A DNA stretch of 64,000 nucleotides from Dehalococcoidia bacterium (GCA_963667465.2 CAXXDN010000002.1:1568001-1632000), one strand, 5' to 3'. Shown: positions 38,046-48,498, numbered from the stretch's first letter. The notes: generated by a model not told the origin, from the sequence alone. A program made the numbers and translations.

Positions 38046-38297
38046 GCTCTGCCGCTTCAACGGCATCGTGATCGCCATGTACGCGCGCGAGCACGGGGCC
38101 TCCCCACTTCCACGCACGCCACGGCGGCGACTACGCGTCGGTCGCGATCGACCGTCCGGCGGTGCCGCGGACGGCTGCCGCCACGCGCCGCGGCGCTGGT
38201 CATCGAGTGGGCCATGCTGCGTCAGGCCGAACTCCACGAGGCCTGGGAGCGCGTGCAGCGCGGCGAGTCGCCCGGCCGCATCCCGCCGCTCGACTGA
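38038..38297 (+). pseudogene. DUF4160 domain gene with two frameshifts
   Basis: MPELCRFNGIVIAMY..EH / PPHFHA / LPPRAAALVIEWA...IPPLD lie in three successive frames (shifts near 38097 and 38168). Confidence 0.8.
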
Positions 38298-38315
38298 CCG
38301 CTCGCGTCCCCGCTC

Positions 38316-39863
38316 CTAACCCGAGGCGGCCGCCGCGGTCTGCGGCGAGGTCGTGTTGAGGTAGCGGTTGAGCGCGTGCATGTAGGCCCGCGCCGAGGCG
38401 ACGAGGATGTCCGTGTCGGCGGCGCGGCCGGTGTAGGTACGGCCCGACGCCTCGATGCGGATCGTAACCTCGCCGACGGCGTCGATGCCCTCGGTGACGG
38501 ACTTCACGCTGAACTCGGTCAGCTCGTTCTCGACGCCCATCACGCGGTTGATCGCCTGGTAGATCGCGTCGACCGGGCCGGTGCCGATGGCGGCGTCCTG
38601 TTGCAGTTCGCCCCCCGGATCCACCAGTCGCACCGTCGCCGTCGGGGAGGAGTGGTCGCCCGCCGAGACCTGCACGAGGTCGAGCTGCCACTGCTCGTGG
38701 ACCTGTACCTGCGCCTGCTCGCTGAGGATCGCTTGCAGGTCGCGGTCGTCTACTTCGTCCTTGCGGTCGGCCACGTCCTTGAACGCCTCGTAGACGCGGT
38801 CGAGCACCGCGTCGTCGAGGTCGACGCCGAGGTCGGCGATGCGGGAGCGCAGGCCGTGGCGGCCGGAGACCTTGGTCAGCACGATCGAGTCGCCCGTGGG
38901 GACACCGATGTCGGCGGGGTCCATGATCTCGTAGGTCTCGCGCAGCTTGAGCACGCCGTCCTGGTGGATGCCCGAGGAGTGGCGGAAGGCGTTCTTCCCG
39001 ACCACCGCCTTGTTGGACTGCACCGCCATGCCGGAAACACGCTCGACGATGCGGCTCGCCTGGTGCAGCTCCGGCGTGCGCACGTCCGTGTGCAGGCCCG
39101 AGTAGTCGGCGCGGGTCTTGATCGCCATGATCACCTCTTCGAGGGAGGTGTTGCCCGCACGCTCGCCGATGCCGTTAATCGCGCCCTCCACCTGGCGCGC
39201 GCCGTTGAGCACGCCGGCCAGCGAGTTTGCCGTCGCAAGTCCGAGGTCGTTGTGGCAGTGCACGGAGATGCGCGCCTTGTCGATGTTCGGCACGTTCTCG
39301 GCTACCGAGGCGATCAGGGCGCCGAACTCCTGCGGCAGCGCGTATCCGACCGTGTCCGGGATGTTGACCGTGGTCGCGCCCTCCTCGATCGCCGCCTCGA
39401 GCAGCTGGTAGACGAAATCCGAGTCGGAGCGCGTGGCGTCCATCGGCGAGAACTCGACGTCCGGGCAGTAGCCGGCGGCGCGGGCGACGGCGGCGCGCGC
39501 CATCTCCATCACGTCCTCGCGGTTCTTGCGCAGCTGGTGCGCCATGTGAATCTCGCTGGCCGAGATGAAGACGTGGATGCGCGGCGTCTCCGCCTGCGAG
39601 ACCGCGTTCCAGCACGAGTCCACGTCGTCCGGGTGCGCCCGCGCGAGACCCGCGATCATCGGGCCGCGCACCTCGCGCGCGATCAGCGAGACCGCCTCGA
39701 AGTCACCCGGCGAGGAGAACGGGAAGCCCGCCTCGATGATGTCCACGTTGAGGCGGGCGAGCTGCCGCGCCACCTCGAGTTTGTCCTCCATCGTGAAGCC
39801 CACGCCGGCGGATTGCTCGCCGTCGCGGAGCGTGGTGTCGAAGATATAGACCTTGTCGCTCAT
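38316..39863 (-). CDS. leuA: 2-isopropylmalate synthase
   Basis: FDTTLRDGEQ, HCHNDLGLA, NGIGERAGN, HSSGIHQDG, GPVDA. Confidence 0.97.
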   Translation of the reverse strand: MSDKVYIFDTTLRDGEQSAGVGFTMEDKLEVARQLARLNVDIIEAGFPFSSPGDFEAVSLIAREVRGPMIAGLARAHPDDVDSCWNAVSQAETPRIHVFISASEIHMAHQLRKNREDVMEMARAAVARAAGYCPDVEFSPMDATRSDSDFVYQLLEAAIEEGATTVNIPDTVGYALPQEFGALIASVAENVPNIDKARISVHCHNDLGLATANSLAGVLNGARQVEGAINGIGERAGNTSLEEVIMAIKTRADYSGLHTDVRTPELHQASRIVERVSGMAVQSNKAVVGKNAFRHSSGIHQDGVLKLRETYEIMDPADIGVPTGDSIVLTKVSGRHGLRSRIADLGVDLDDAVLDRVYEAFKDVADRKDEVDDRDLQAILSEQAQVQVHEQWQLDLVQVSAGDHSSPTATVRLVDPGGELQQDAAIGTGPVDAIYQAINRVMGVENELTEFSVKSVTEGIDAVGEVTIRIEASGRTYTGRAADTDILVASARAYMHALNRYLNTTSPQTAAAASG

Positions 39864-39951
39864 CGTTTCGTCACTGTCCTCACCCGTGCCGCTGCTGCTG
39901 CTGTGGGCGCTCGCGTGCTCGCGCCCTCGCTGTCCGGGCCCTCCCGACCGC

Positions 39952-40047
39952 TCACGCGGCGGAGGGCCGGAGAAGCGTGAGGCCGCCCGGCAGGGCGAGC
40001 GGGGCGGCGCGGACGCTGCCGGCAGGCGCGAGGGCGAAGGACGACAT
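39952..40047 (-). promoter_or_regulatory. Putative Leu leader peptide of leuA (MSSFALAPAGSVRAAPLALPGGLTLLRPSAA)
   Basis: ATG 2 nt after ilvC stop; Leu cluster in the 3' half; ends 88 nt before leuA. Confidence 0.55.
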
Positions 40048-40049
40048 CG

Positions 40050-41048
40050 CTACTTCTGCTCTCCCAGCCACTTCATCATCGCCCGCACTTCCTTGCCGAC
40101 CTCCTCGATCGGGTGCTCCGCGTTGAGGCGGCGCAGCGCCAGGAAGCGCGCGCGGCCGGCCTGATTCTCGGCGATCCACTCGCTCGCGAACTGGCCGCTG
40201 CGAATCTCGTCGAGGATTGCGCGCATGCGGTCCTTGACGCCGGGGTCGATCACGCGCGGGCCGCGCGTGTAGTCGCCGTACTCGGCGGTATCGCTGATCG
40301 AGTAGCGCATGTACTCCATACCGCCCTCGTAGAGCAGGTCGACGATCAGCTTCACCTCGTGGAAGGTCTCGAAGTAGGCGGACTCGGGCTGGTAGCCGGC
40401 CTCGACGAGCGTCTCGTAGGCGGCCTTGATCAGCGAGGTCAGCCCGCCGCAAAGGATCACCTGCTCGCCGAACAGGTCCGTCTCTGTCTCCTCCAGGAAC
40501 GTCGTCTGCAGGATCCCGGCGCGCGCGCTGCCGATGCCCTTGCCGTAGGCCAGCGCGATCTGCAACGCGGACTCGCTGGCGTCCTGGTGGATGGCGACCA
40601 GCGCCGGCACCCCAAGCCCGCTCAGGTATTCGCGGCGCACGAGGTGACCCGGCCCCTTCGGCGCGATCATCGTGACGTCGACATCGGCCGGGGCGTCGAT
40701 CTGGTTGAAGTGCACGTTGAAGCCGTGGGCGAACATCAGCGTCTTGCCCTCGGCCATGTGCGGGGCGACGTGGTCCTCGTAGACCTGGCGCTGCACCTGG
40801 TCCGGGACGAGCATCATCAGCACGTCCGAGTCGCGCGCCACGTCGGCGACGCTGCCGACCGTCAGGCCGTCGCCCTGCGCCTTCTCCCACGAGGGCGAGC
40901 CGGGGTAGAGGCCGACGGCGACCGTGAGGCCGGAGTCCTGCAGGTTCAGCGCGTGCGCGTGCCCCTGCGAGCCGTAGCCGATCACGCCGATCCGGCGGTC
41001 CTGCAGCAACCCGAGGTCTGCGTCCTCGTCGTAGAAGATCCTGGCCAC
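40050..41048 (-). CDS. ilvC: Ketol-acid reductoisomerase
   Basis: [40 protein letters not shown]. Confidence 0.98.
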   Translation of the reverse strand: MARIFYDEDADLGLLQDRRIGVIGYGSQGHAHALNLQDSGLTVAVGLYPGSPSWEKAQGDGLTVGSVADVARDSDVLMMLVPDQVQRQVYEDHVAPHMAEGKTLMFAHGFNVHFNQIDAPADVDVTMIAPKGPGHLVRREYLSGLGVPALVAIHQDASESALQIALAYGKGIGSARAGILQTTFLEETETDLFGEQVILCGGLTSLIKAAYETLVEAGYQPESAYFETFHEVKLIVDLLYEGGMEYMRYSISDTAEYGDYTRGPRVIDPGVKDRMRAILDEIRSGQFASEWIAENQAGRARFLALRRLNAEHPIEEVGKEVRAMMKWLGEQK

Positions 41049-41115
41049 GTCTCGTCCTCTCCGCGCCGCGAGCCCGGTTGATCCGGGTGGCCGGCGTCGC
41101 CCGCTCCGCGGGCCG

Positions 41116-41706
41116 CTAGTCGCTCACGTACGGCAGTTCGCCCTCCGGACGGCGCCCGGAGCTTCCGCGGAAGCGCTGCAGCTCCTCGGACTCCGGATCG
41201 TGCATCGCGGTGGTCTCGTCGCCTCGCAGCATCGCGATCCGGCCCGTGCGGGTCATCTCGAGGATCCCGTACGGCTCGAGGTTCTCGATCAGCGAGTTGA
41301 ACTGCCGCTCCTCCGCGACGATCTGGATGATCAGGCTGCCCGGCGCGACGTCCACCGCGCGCGCGCGGAAGATGTCGACCAGATCGAGCACCTCGCGACG
41401 CTGCTCCGTGGTGCACGCCACCTTGATCAGCGCCAGCTCGCGGATCACCGCGTCCTCGCCGGTCAGGTCGGCCACCTCGATCACGTCGATCAGCTTTGCA
41501 AGCTGCTTCTCCACCTGGTCGACGATGCCGTTGTCGCTCGCGACGACGATGGTCATGCGCGAGATGCCCGGCTCCTCGGTGGTGCCGACGGCGAGCGAGT
41601 CGATGTTGAAGCCGCGCCGCCGGAACAGCGAGGCGACGCGATTGAGGACGCCGGGGCGGTCCTCGACCAACGCGACGACGGTGTGCTTGCGCAGCTCGCC
41701 GCTCAT
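41116..41706 (-). CDS. ilvN: Acetolactate synthase small subunit
   Basis: [30 protein letters not shown]. Confidence 0.97.
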   Translation of the reverse strand: MSGELRKHTVVALVEDRPGVLNRVASLFRRRGFNIDSLAVGTTEEPGISRMTIVVASDNGIVDQVEKQLAKLIDVIEVADLTGEDAVIRELALIKVACTTEQRREVLDLVDIFRARAVDVAPGSLIIQIVAEERQFNSLIENLEPYGILEMTRTGRIAMLRGDETTAMHDPESEELQRFRGSSGRRPEGELPYVSD

Positions 41707-43406
41707 CGGGCCACCTCGCTCGGGGTTTCAGGCCGGGGCGCCTCGACGGTCTCGGACAGCGCCGAGCCGGCGGGGACCATCGGCCAGACGTTGCCCTCGG
41801 CCTCGACCTGGAAGTCGACGAGGACCGGGCCGTCGTGGTCGTTGGCCTCCTCGATGGCGCCGTCGATCTTGTCGGCGTCGGTGACACGCAGCGCCTTGAT
41901 GCCGTAGGCCTCGGCGAGCTTGACGAAGTCGGGCTGGCTGATCGCGACGGAGACGTAGTTGTCCGCGTAGAACAGCTCCTGCCACTGGCGGACCATGCCG
42001 AGGTAGCCGTTGTTGATGATCGCCATCTTCACCGGCAGGTTCTCGTCCACCATCGTGGCCAGCTCCTGGAGCGTCATCTGGAAACCACCGTCGCCGCAGA
42101 TCGACCAGACCAGCGAGTCGGGCTTCGCGACCTGCGCGCCCATCGCGGCGGGGACCTCGAAGCCCATCGTGCCGAGGCCGCCCGAGGTGATCAGCTGGTT
42201 CGGGTAGCTGAAGCGCATGTGCTGGGCGGCCCACATCTGGTGCTGCCCGACGCCGGTGACGATCACCGTCTCGTCGTCGCACTGCTCGGAGATGCGCTTG
42301 ATGACGCCCTGCGAGGTCATCTGCGGCCCGCTCGGGATCGCCAGCGAGTGCGAGTGGTCGTCGCGCACCTCGTCGATCCAGCGGATCCAGTCGAGGTGCG
42401 AGCGCTGCCGCGTCGCGGCGCGGAGCTGCGGCAGCACGTCCTTGACGTGCCCGAGGATCGGGACCGCGGTCGGCAGGTTCTTGCCGTGCTCGCCGGCGTC
42501 GATGTCGACGTGGATCAGCTTGGCGTGGCGGTTGAAGTCGTTGAAGCGCCCGATCGCGCGGTCGTCCATGCGGTTGCCGATGCCGATCACGAGGTCGGCG
42601 TTCGAGGCGGCCATGTTCGCCTCGTAGGAGCCGTGCATGCCCATCATCCCGTAGGAGAGCACGTGCGTGCGCGGGATGCTGCCAAGGCCGAGCAGCGTGT
42701 TGAGCACGGGGATGCCGGTGTGCTCGGCGAACTGTCGCAGATCCTCGCAGGCCTCGCCGAGGATCACGCCGTGTCCGGCGATGATCAGCGGCCGCTCGGC
42801 CTGGTCGATCAGCTCGGCCGCGCGCGCGATGTCGGCCTCGGCGGCGGCGGCGGGGGGGTCGTAGCCGCGAACCGAGACCTCGCCCGGCCAGACGAACTCG
42901 GCCTCGTCGATGAAGACGTCCTTGGGGATGTCGATGTGGACGGGGCCGGGCCTGCCGGTGGTCGCGAGGTAGGCCGCCTCGGCGAAGGTGTGCGCGAGGT
43001 TCTCGGCGTGCATGACCAGGTAGTTGTGCTTCACGCACGGCGTCAGGATTCCCGTGGCATCGGCCTCCTGGAAGCCGTCCCGCCCGATCAGGTTGCGCGC
43101 GACATTGCCGGTCACGAACAGCGTCGGCACCGAATCCATCATCGCGTTCTGGACCGCCGTCACGAGGTTTGTCGCGCCCGGGCCGGAGGTGGCGAGCGCG
43201 CAGCCGAGGCGGCCCGCGGCGCGGGCGTAGCCGTCGGCGGCATGGCCGCCGCCCTGCTCATGGCGCACCAGGATGTGGCGCACCTCGGGGTGGGAGGGCC
43301 AGCGGTCGTAGAGCGGGAGGACGACCCCGCCGGGGTAGCCGAATACGGTATCGATGCCCACGCGCTTCAGGCTCTCGAGGACGATATCGGCGCCGCTCAT
43401 TCTCAT
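41703..43406 (-). CDS. ilvB: Acetolactate synthase large subunit
   Basis: FGYPGG, RHEQ, TSGPGATN, GQHQMWAAQ, GDGGFQMT, LGMVRQWQ. Confidence 0.98.
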   Translation of the reverse strand: MRMSGADIVLESLKRVGIDTVFGYPGGVVLPLYDRWPSHPEVRHILVRHEQGGGHAADGYARAAGRLGCALATSGPGATNLVTAVQNAMMDSVPTLFVTGNVARNLIGRDGFQEADATGILTPCVKHNYLVMHAENLAHTFAEAAYLATTGRPGPVHIDIPKDVFIDEAEFVWPGEVSVRGYDPPAAAAEADIARAAELIDQAERPLIIAGHGVILGEACEDLRQFAEHTGIPVLNTLLGLGSIPRTHVLSYGMMGMHGSYEANMAASNADLVIGIGNRMDDRAIGRFNDFNRHAKLIHVDIDAGEHGKNLPTAVPILGHVKDVLPQLRAATRQRSHLDWIRWIDEVRDDHSHSLAIPSGPQMTSQGVIKRISEQCDDETVIVTGVGQHQMWAAQHMRFSYPNQLITSGGLGTMGFEVPAAMGAQVAKPDSLVWSICGDGGFQMTLQELATMVDENLPVKMAIINNGYLGMVRQWQELFYADNYVSVAISQPDFVKLAEAYGIKALRVTDADKIDGAIEEANDHDGPVLVDFQVEAEGNVWPMVPAGSALSETVEAPRPETPSEVAR

Positions 43407-43524
43407 CGTGGGTTCCGTCTCTTCCGGTTCTTGCGCTTCACGCTGTGTGTTGTGTGGTTGTTGTGAACGACCGGCAGCCCGACACGCGGGCTGATTGGCG
43501 GCGCGACCTCTATGGCGGCGCCGC

Positions 43525-43620
43525 CTAGCGCAGTACGAGCAGGAGGACGAGCAGGCGCGCCGGCGCGGACGCGGCCAGGCGCCATCGGGGCAGGTGTGGA
43601 CCGGGGAGTGTTGCCCTCAT
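43525..43620 (-). promoter_or_regulatory. ilv leader peptide (MRATLPGPHLPRWRLAASAPARLLVLLLVLR)
   Basis: Eight consecutive Leu/Val codons before the final Arg and stop; promoter TTGACG-N18-GATACT just upstream. Confidence 0.75.
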
Positions 43621-43694
43621 CAGACGGACAGTATCCGCGCGTCCCGCGGGCACCGTCAACAGTGCGTGAGAAGGAGGCGATACGGTCCCGTTTG

Positions 43695-43720
43695 CGGTAC
43701 CACACCTCATTTGGTACCGT
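43695..43720 (+). promoter_or_regulatory. Putative HicB operator and leaderless -10
   Basis: Inverted repeat CGGTACCA-N9-TGGTACCG; TACCGT 6 nt before hicA GTG. Confidence 0.6.
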
Positions 43721-43726
43721 TCACCT

Positions 43727-43954
43727 GTGGACGAGTTGGAGCGGTTGGCGCGGAAGCGGCGGAACGTCCGCCCTGCCGAACTGCACCGCATCCTCGTCCG
43801 GGCAGGGTTCATCGCCCGTGAGGGACGCGGCTCGCATCGCGTCTACCGGCACCCGGACCTCGTCCGCATCTTGACGATCCCTCAGAGCCGGAATCCCGTT
43901 CGCGCGGTCTACGTCGATGAGGCGATCAAGGCGATACGGGAGGTTCAGCGATGA
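43727..43954 (+). CDS. hicA: HicA family toxin
   Basis: AGF...GRGSHRVYRHP...LTIP...VYV. Confidence 0.9.
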   Translation: MDELERLARKRRNVRPAELHRILVRAGFIAREGRGSHRVYRHPDLVRILTIPQSRNPVRAVYVDEAIKAIREVQR

Positions 43955-44319
43955 ACGCCGCAGCCCTGTTGGAGCGCCCCTACCACATCCGCCTCCAGCA
44001 GCGCGATGACGGCGACGGCGCCTACTGGTTCGCGACGGTCGAGGAGCTGCCTGGCTGCATGTCCGACGGCGACACCGAGGCCGAGGCGCTCGCCTCCGTG
44101 CGCGACGCGATGCACGGCTGGATCAGCGCCGCCCTCGAAGCGGGCCGGCCGATTCCCGAGCCGCGCGACGACGAGACAACCCGGTACAGCGGCCAGTTCC
44201 GGGTTCGGCTGCCGAGCGGGCTGCACAAGGCACTGGCCGACGAGGCCCGCCGCGAGGGCGTCAGCCTCAACCACTTCGTAAGCAGCGCCCTCAGCAGCGC
44301 CGTCGGCTGGCGACGCTAG
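43951..44319 (+). CDS. hicB: HicB family antitoxin
   Basis: ELPGCMSDGDT, YSGQFRVRLPSGLH, EGVSLN; ATGA overlap with hicA. Confidence 0.92.
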   Translation: MNAAALLERPYHIRLQQRDDGDGAYWFATVEELPGCMSDGDTEAEALASVRDAMHGWISAALEAGRPIPEPRDDETTRYSGQFRVRLPSGLHKALADEARREGVSLNHFVSSALSSAVGWRR

Positions 44320-44337
44320 CAGCGCCGCGCCCCACCC

Positions 44338-45528
44338 CTACGGCCGCCCGTAGCGCCTCCGCGTAATCGACCGCGCGAGGGCGCCGAGGGGGTGCACGAT
44401 GTGCGCGAAGGGGCCGCCGGTGCGCACCACGTCGGCGTACGTCTCGTCGCCGCGGATCAGCTTCGCGCAGTGGCTCCAGACGCGGCCGGAGCGCTGCAAG
44501 GCCCAGATGAACGGCGGCGGGTAGAGGTAGAAGACCTCCATCAGCCCCTTCGAGATCGCGATCTCGGGCAGCAGCTCGCGCTCCATCAGTTGCTGATAGT
44601 CGCGCAGCGAGTCGCGCTCGCCTCGCAGGTAGTCGTGCGCCACCGGCGCGACGGCCGCGCCCGAGGAGATCGCGGCGAGGATGCCCTCGCCGGAGAGCGG
44701 GTCGATCAGGCCCGCGGCGTCGCCGATCAGCGCCGATCCGTCGGCGGCCAGCGTGCTGCCGTGACGGCGCATCGGCAGGTGGTGGCCGCGCAGTGACTCG
44801 AGGCGGTCCGGGTCGATGCCGTAGTCGCGGCACAGCGCGTGGAGCTGCGGGCGCAGGTCGCCGGCCGTGGCCTTCCAGCAGCCGACGCCGACGTTGACGT
44901 GGTCCTCCTTGGGGAACAGCCAGCCGTACCCGCCGGTCATCGCCCCGAGCTGCAGTACGACGTTGCCGCGCAGCCACTCCGGCGGCCCGTCCGGACAGGG
45001 GAAGTTGCCCTCGAGGCCCACACCGCTCTCCTCGGCGTGCTCGTAGCCGAGCGAGGAGCCGACGACGCCGTTCGCGCCGTCCGCTCCGATCACGACGCGC
45101 GCGTGGTGCAGCTCCGGCGCGGCGCCGTTGCCGACGGCCACCTCGTAGCCGCCGCCACCGAGGCGCGTGACCTGGCGCACGCGCTGGCCGTCGCGGAACT
45201 CCACCCCCGACTGCTGCGCCTGCTCGACGAGGAAGTGGTCGAGGCGGCTGCGTTGCGTGATGTAGGTCAGCGGGTCGTCGTGGCGGAGCGCCACCTTCCG
45301 GCCGTGGCGCAGCTGGATCACGGCCCCCTGGACGACGTCCTCGACGACTGGTTCGAGCGAGAAGGGCAGGAGTGCGTCGCAGCGCACCGTGACGCCTCCG
45401 CCGCAGGGCTTGTCACGAGGGAAGCGCGCGCGATCGAGCAGCAGCGTGTCGACGCCGCGCTGCGCCAGCTCGCGCGCTGCGGTGCTGCCGGCCGGGCCGG
45501 CTCCGACTACGATCGCCTCGACGTCCAC
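44338..45528 (-). CDS. Geranylgeranyl reductase family FAD oxidoreductase
   Basis: VGAGPAGS, FPRDKPCGGG, GADG, GYGWLFP, GDAAGLIDPLSGEGI. Confidence 0.93.
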   Translation of the reverse strand: MDVEAIVVGAGPAGSTAARELAQRGVDTLLLDRARFPRDKPCGGGVTVRCDALLPFSLEPVVEDVVQGAVIQLRHGRKVALRHDDPLTYITQRSRLDHFLVEQAQQSGVEFRDGQRVRQVTRLGGGGYEVAVGNGAAPELHHARVVIGADGANGVVGSSLGYEHAEESGVGLEGNFPCPDGPPEWLRGNVVLQLGAMTGGYGWLFPKEDHVNVGVGCWKATAGDLRPQLHALCRDYGIDPDRLESLRGHHLPMRRHGSTLAADGSALIGDAAGLIDPLSGEGILAAISSGAAVAPVAHDYLRGERDSLRDYQQLMERELLPEIAISKGLMEVFYLYPPPFIWALQRSGRVWSHCAKLIRGDETYADVVRTGGPFAHIVHPLGALARSITRRRYGRP

Positions 45529-45575
45529 GCGCGGATGCTACTCCCGGTCGTCGTTGCGGTCAGGCTCGCGGTGGC

Positions 45576-46460
45576 TCAGCCGATGGCGATCGCGGTCGCG
45601 GCGAGGAAGATCGCCTGCACCACGGCCGCCGCCGCGAAGACGAGCCGCCCGGCGATGCGCTCGCGAGCATGCACGAGCAGCCCGATCGCCAGCCCGGCGA
45701 TCAGGATCACGGTCGCGGCGCTCCCCAGCTCGATCAGCGCGGGACGCGCGATGAATTCCGCGGCCTCGCCGGCGGTGAGGTGGAGGGGAACCGTCGCGGG
45801 CACCTCGCGATGGCGGAGGGCGATCTGCAACCAGACGCCGACGCCGCCGAGTGCGGCGAGGCCGGCAATCAGCAGCGCGATGCGGTCGTTCGTGCGCAGC
45901 GGCCACGGCCCGTTGCGGCGCGCTTCGTGCTCCAACTGCGCGGTCGGGCCGAGTTCTTGCCGGATCAGCACCTGCCGCGCGAAGTCCTGCGGATCGGCGA
46001 TGGTGAGCGCGTAGCTGTGCTCCGGCGTGACCACGTAGACCATCTGCTCCGGGACGCGATCGGTGGCGTAGCACAGCACCGGGCCGATTGGCTCGACCGT
46101 CGCCCGCCCGATCTGGCTGCCCCACCAGGAGGCGCCTCCTGCCCGCGCGATGCCGACGGACTCGGCCGGCATCAGCCGCTCGATCGAGCCGAGCGGGATC
46201 ACCTGCTGCGTCCAGCCCCAGCGGATCAGCAGCGCGTTGCGGTCCAGATGGTAGGACAGCGTCCACAGCGCCCAGGTCCAGTAGCCGAGGAGTACCGCGA
46301 TCGCCGCCGCCAGCAGCGACGCGCTGTAAGCGAGCCAGCCCTCGAACCCGAGCTCCCGGCTCAGCCCGATTGCGAACAGCAACAGCGCGACGGCGAGCGC
46401 CCAGCCGGTAAGCACGCCGCCCACGACCAGGCCGGAGGTGCGAGCGGGTCGGTACTGCAT
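45576..46460 (-). CDS. Membrane protein with bacterial PH-like domain
   Basis: TM helices, SYHLD..LLIRWG..IPL, further TM helices. Confidence 0.7.
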   Translation of the reverse strand: MQYRPARTSGLVVGGVLTGWALAVALLLFAIGLSRELGFEGWLAYSASLLAAAIAVLLGYWTWALWTLSYHLDRNALLIRWGWTQQVIPLGSIERLMPAESVGIARAGGASWWGSQIGRATVEPIGPVLCYATDRVPEQMVYVVTPEHSYALTIADPQDFARQVLIRQELGPTAQLEHEARRNGPWPLRTNDRIALLIAGLAALGGVGVWLQIALRHREVPATVPLHLTAGEAAEFIARPALIELGSAATVILIAGLAIGLLVHARERIAGRLVFAAAAVVQAIFLAATAIAIG

Positions 46461-46510
46461 CGAAGCGGTCGAGCCGTTTCGCCGCGTGGCTCAGCGCGGA
46501 CGCGGCGGCG

Positions 46511-47449
46511 TCACGCGCCGACGGCGGCGCCGGAGTAGACGGGCGTGAGCCACTCGGCGTACTGGGGGAGGCGGCCCGTGATTGCCTGGAAGTAGCGGTC
46601 CTGCAGCTGCATCGTGACCGGCCCGGGTCGCCCGTCGCCGACCGGCACGCGGTCGACCTCGACGACGGGCGTGACGTGCGCGGCGGTGCCCGTCATGAAC
46701 ACCTCGTCGGCGATGTAGAGCTCGGAGCGGTCGATCGTGCGCTCCTCGACCTCCATGCCAAGCTCCTCCCGCGCGATCTGCAGCGCGGTCTCGAGCGTGA
46801 TGCCCTCGAGGATGTTGTCCTGCGGCGGCGGGGTGATGATCCGGCCGCGGCGCAGGATCGCGATGTTCTCGCCGGAGCCCTCGGAGACGTGGCCGTCCTG
46901 GTTGAGCAGGATCGCCTCGTCGAACCCGGCGAGCTCCGCCTCCGTCTTCGCCATCGCGTTGTTGACGTAGAGCCCGTTCACCTTCGCCCGCGCCGGAATC
47001 GAGGTGTCGTCGACTCGCCGCCACGAGGAGGTCATGCAGCGCGCGCCCGCCTCCGGGTCCAGGTAGGCGCCGAAAGGCGCGAGGAAGAGCAGGTAGTCGT
47101 CCTCCAGGTTGTGCATGCGGACGCCGAGGATCTCGGAGGACTTGTAGACGATGGGGCGGACGTAGACGTCCTCGCGGAACTCGCTGCGCACGGCCAGCTC
47201 CTGGATCTGGTCGACCAGTTCGTCGTCGCTTGCCCTCAGCGCCATGCGCATAATCTTCGCGCTCTGGCGAAGGCGCTCGACATGCTCGCGAACCTTGAAG
47301 AGGTAGAGCTCGCCCTGGTCGCCGTTCCAGTTGCCGCGGATGCCCTCGAAGACGGCCGTTCCGTAGTTGAAGGCGTGGGTCATGACGCCGATCTTCGCGT
47401 CCGCGAGCGGCATGAACTCGCCGCGCAGGTACGCCATCGGTATCGCCAT
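46511..47449 (-). CDS. ilvE: Branched-chain amino acid aminotransferase
   Basis: HAFNYGTAVFEGIR, AKVNGLY, EGSGEN, ILEGIT, GTAA. Confidence 0.96.
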   Translation of the reverse strand: MAIPMAYLRGEFMPLADAKIGVMTHAFNYGTAVFEGIRGNWNGDQGELYLFKVREHVERLRQSAKIMRMALRASDDELVDQIQELAVRSEFREDVYVRPIVYKSSEILGVRMHNLEDDYLLFLAPFGAYLDPEAGARCMTSSWRRVDDTSIPARAKVNGLYVNNAMAKTEAELAGFDEAILLNQDGHVSEGSGENIAILRRGRIITPPPQDNILEGITLETALQIAREELGMEVEERTIDRSELYIADEVFMTGTAAHVTPVVEVDRVPVGDGRPGPVTMQLQDRYFQAITGRLPQYAEWLTPVYSGAAVGA

Positions 47450-47640
47450 CGTGTGCTCCAGCCGCCGCCTCCGGGCTGCTGCCGGGCGCGGGCGTGATCG
47501 ATCGTGATGCTTGGCACGATGATATGGGCCGCGCGGATCGGTCGGCAACCGCCGCACGAGGCCGGGCGCTCCCGGGCGCGCTATGCTCCCCTCCCGACGA
47601 GCGCGCAGCGAGGCGCACACGGAGCAGAGGAGGCAGGGCG

Positions 47641-48498
47641 ATGCCCAAGCTCAGCGAGACCTTCACCATCGGTGGACTCGAGATCGCGGCGCTCAGCGAC
47701 GGCGCGCCGGATCGCGCCCTCGGGGGCTTCTTCCGCGACGTCGACCCGGCGGCCTGGACGAGCGCAATCGGCATCACAGACCCCGAGGACCCCGTGCCCT
47801 TCAACTTCGGCTCGTTCCTGATCCGCGGCGACGGCCACATCACGCTGATCGACACCGGCTACGGCGTGCCCGCCCTCGCGATGGGTATCTCCGGGGGCGG
47901 GGAGCTGCCCGAGCGCATCACCGAGCTCGGCGTGCGGCTCGAGGAGATCGACCGCGTGATCCACACGCACCTGCACGGCGACCACGTCGGCTGGAACATC
48001 CACGACAACGAGGACGACCGGCTGATGTTCCCCAACGCCACCTTCTACGTGCACGAGAACGAACTGAACTACTGGACCGGCAGCGCCTCCGACGACAACC
48101 CGATGGCAGAGAACGTGCGCCGCCGCATCAACCCCGTCATCGCGGCCGGCCGCGTCGAGGCCACCGCGGGCGAGTTCGCAGTCAGCGAGGCGCTCACGAT
48201 GGTTCCCGCGCCGGGCCACACGCCCGGCCACTGCACCGTCCTCGCCGCCTCGCAGGGGACCAACCTGCTGCTGCTCGGCGACGCTGCGCACCACCCGGTC
48301 CACCTCGAGCACCACGACTGGATCCCGCAGGTCGACCTCGATCCCGCCGAGTCCACGCGATCGCGCGGCAAGGTCGCGCGGTTGGCGGTCGAGAAGGACG
48401 CGATCGTGACCAGCGGCCACTTCCCGATCCTCTCGCTCGGCCGCATCCGCGAGGTCGAGGGCGGCTACAAGTGGGAGCTGATCGAGGAGCGCGGCTAG
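47641..48498 (+). CDS. MBL-fold metallo-hydrolase
   Basis: THLHGDHVGWN, PGHTPGH, GDAAH, GHF. Confidence 0.93.
   Translation: MPKLSETFTIGGLEIAALSDGAPDRALGGFFRDVDPAAWTSAIGITDPEDPVPFNFGSFLIRGDGHITLIDTGYGVPALAMGISGGGELPERITELGVRLEEIDRVIHTHLHGDHVGWNIHDNEDDRLMFPNATFYVHENELNYWTGSASDDNPMAENVRRRINPVIAAGRVEATAGEFAVSEALTMVPAPGHTPGHCTVLAASQGTNLLLLGDAAHHPVHLEHHDWIPQVDLDPAESTRSRGKVARLAVEKDAIVTSGHFPILSLGRIREVEGGYKWELIEERG

Noticed and set aside
39864-43620. T-box elements for ilv/leu genes
   Set aside because: No T-box consensus (AAnnnGGGTGGnACC) seen; leader peptides fit better
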